The position numbers were made by a program, and so were the translations under genes. Under the pieces are notes generated by a model, which saw only the letters and a list, made by a program, of their open reading frames with translations, did not search any database and had not been told where the DNA came from. This document shows positions 62,141 through 64,000 of a DNA stretch of 64,000 bases, piece by piece. The stretch's first letter is position 1; each line of letters opens with the position of its first letter. Source of the DNA: Octopus vulgaris (Eukaryota). Location of the stretch: contig OX597820.1 in the NCBI GenBank assembly GCA_951406725.2, forward strand, positions 36,642,001 through 36,706,000, written 5' to 3'.

Positions 62141-63199
62141 TGTCCTTTTCATATTATCCTGAAAAGGTGGTAGATTGGGAATATTATTATCATAATTATT
62201 TAAACATCCATGTTCCATGCTGACAAAGGCTGGACAGTTTGACAGGATCTGATGGGTCCACAGACTGCATCATGCTCCAGTGTCTGCTTTGGGATGGTTT
62301 TCATGCCACCAGTACAAGTGAAGTCCCTTTGCAGTATGTAACGCTTATGAGCTCTGAAGTGAGCAGCAGTTTCATGCCAGGAGATGAGAGGTTAAAGAAT
62401 GAAAGAAGGAGGTCAGAATAGAACAGATTTCTTGCTGTAGAAGAGCTACATGATAGCTCACATTTTAGAAGAGTGAATGGGAATGATTAGGTGGAGTTCA
62501 GAAGAGAAAAAATATAATGGTGATGAGGTGTCTGGGTGGATCCTCAAGGTATGAGGTAAGTTGATGTGAGTGGAGACTGTCATTCGATATTTAATTATAG
62601 TTTTTTACATTCTTAGTTCAAATTCTGCTGGACTCAACTTTATCCTTTAATCCTTCAGAATAATAAAAAATAAAGACTCTTTCAAACACATAGGCACAGG
62701 TATGGCTGAGTAGTTAAGAAACTCAATTTGCAGCAATATGATTTTGAATTCAATTCCACTAGACAACACCTCGGGCCTTATACTAGAACCACAGGCTGAT
62801 GGAAACTGTGTGGAAGCCTGCCGAATATATATGTGTGTGTGCATACACACACGTTTATGTATTTGTTTTGCAAAGTTCTTAATGCAAAACTGTGCGTTGA
62901 AACTTGAATACGACCATCCTCAAGTAAAACAATATATATGTCTGGTTTAGACTCAAAGGTCCTGACACTTCTGTTTGACAAGACACAGATCCTATGTGCC
63001 AATGAACCAAGTGTGTTGAACACAATGTCGTCGAAAAAAGTTATTCTCGGATGACACATTATCTATACAGCGAATTGCATATTTTGAGTCTCAACCTACC
63101 TGGACGTTTTAAGAATAAATATGCAAATATAAGTTCCAGATTGTGCTGCACACGGTGAAAATTACGTTCTTACTGAAATTTTAACTTTACAAAATCATA

Positions 63200-64000
63200 G
63201 GTTATGTAATTTACATGTAATTACTATTTTTGCCTTAAGGATTAAACCGTTTTTTCATACGGTATTTTAGAAACTTCACCTATATAGGTAATTTCAATTT
63301 TAAATGCGATAACGAGATCTAGTCCGTAGAGGATTTTTCATATGCAGTTTCGCACCTCTTGGAAAATGCATTTTTTTTTTTTTTTAATTTCTACGTTTTA
63401 GAAGTCGGAGATTACGAATATGCAAAAAAATTTTAACCTCCCCACCTCTTTAATTTAAATTGTTGATTTTGTTTACTTTAAACAGATTGTAGCGAATTGA
63501 CGAACATATGCAGATTGAAATTAAATACAAAAACGTTAAAGTGAAAGAATTTGTTTTACTTGTATTTGCCTTAAATAATTGTAAATAATAATTTAATGTA
63601 AATTAAATATACACCATTTTATGAGAAACAAACATTAATGTTTAACAATTAATGTTAAAAAGTTTAATAAGGGACTCAAATTTGACCCCCTACCTCAATT
63701 TTAAATTTTGAATTTTTTCATCTATTTATTTATCCCTGTCCATTTATACATAAAATATATTTGTCAACTAAATGTGACGGTCCTAGGAAGACACATCTAT
63801 TTATCTCTTTATACACATATCTATATGCTTAGTGAATTTAAAATTTTGAAAACGTGGTTTCTTGCATATTAGGAATTTCCGAAAAAAAAATTTCAAAAAG
63901 TTCAAAATTTTAAAAGGGAGGGGGAGTGGTGGTGGTTAAAAAAATTTTTTTGCATATTCGTAATCTCCAACATCTAAAACGTTAAACTGCGAAAAAATTT
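63200..64000. mobile_element. fold-back DNA-transposon-like sequence, running off the window
   Basis: CGTTTTAGAAGTCGGAGATTACGAATATGCAAAAAAATTTT (~63395-63434) is inverted at ~63940-63981; GCAGTTTCGCACCTC..GAAAATGCATTTT is the reverse complement of ~28503-28535. Confidence 0.55.

Overview
AT-rich, repeat-saturated animal genomic DNA. The SINE/RTE repertoire, (TA)n/(CA)n/(CAT)n microsatellites and single-exon C2H2 zinc-finger arrays point to an octopus or other coleoid cephalopod (inference). Recognisable host genes are one intact 12-finger C2H2 ZNF (48653-49789, +) and a convergent, TE-disrupted paralog (59066-60695, -). Most of the rest is mobile DNA: a young full-length Gypsy LTR element with a -1 frameshift signal, a 5'-truncated RTE LINE and many copies of its 3' tail, CR1-like, Penelope, mariner, Tc1 and Helitron remnants, tRNA/Nin SINEs, a piggyBac-like MITE, and a swarm of GG-ended, 8-bp-TSD (Merlin-like) MITEs. 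The most unusual signal is a pair of intact, intronless orphan ORFs (258 aa at 17233-18009 and 479 aa at 30088-31527, both -). They share an ungapped 36-aa motif, appear to carry tandem death-fold-like domains, and each lies beyond a copy of a duplicated, motif-studded non-coding backbone, so they are a candidate mobile or endogenised 'death-domain cassette' family. Also seen: a complete minimal hammerhead ribozyme at 5524-5567 (-) and an apparently target-specific SINE tail. All calls are by eye; boundaries of old repeats are approximate.
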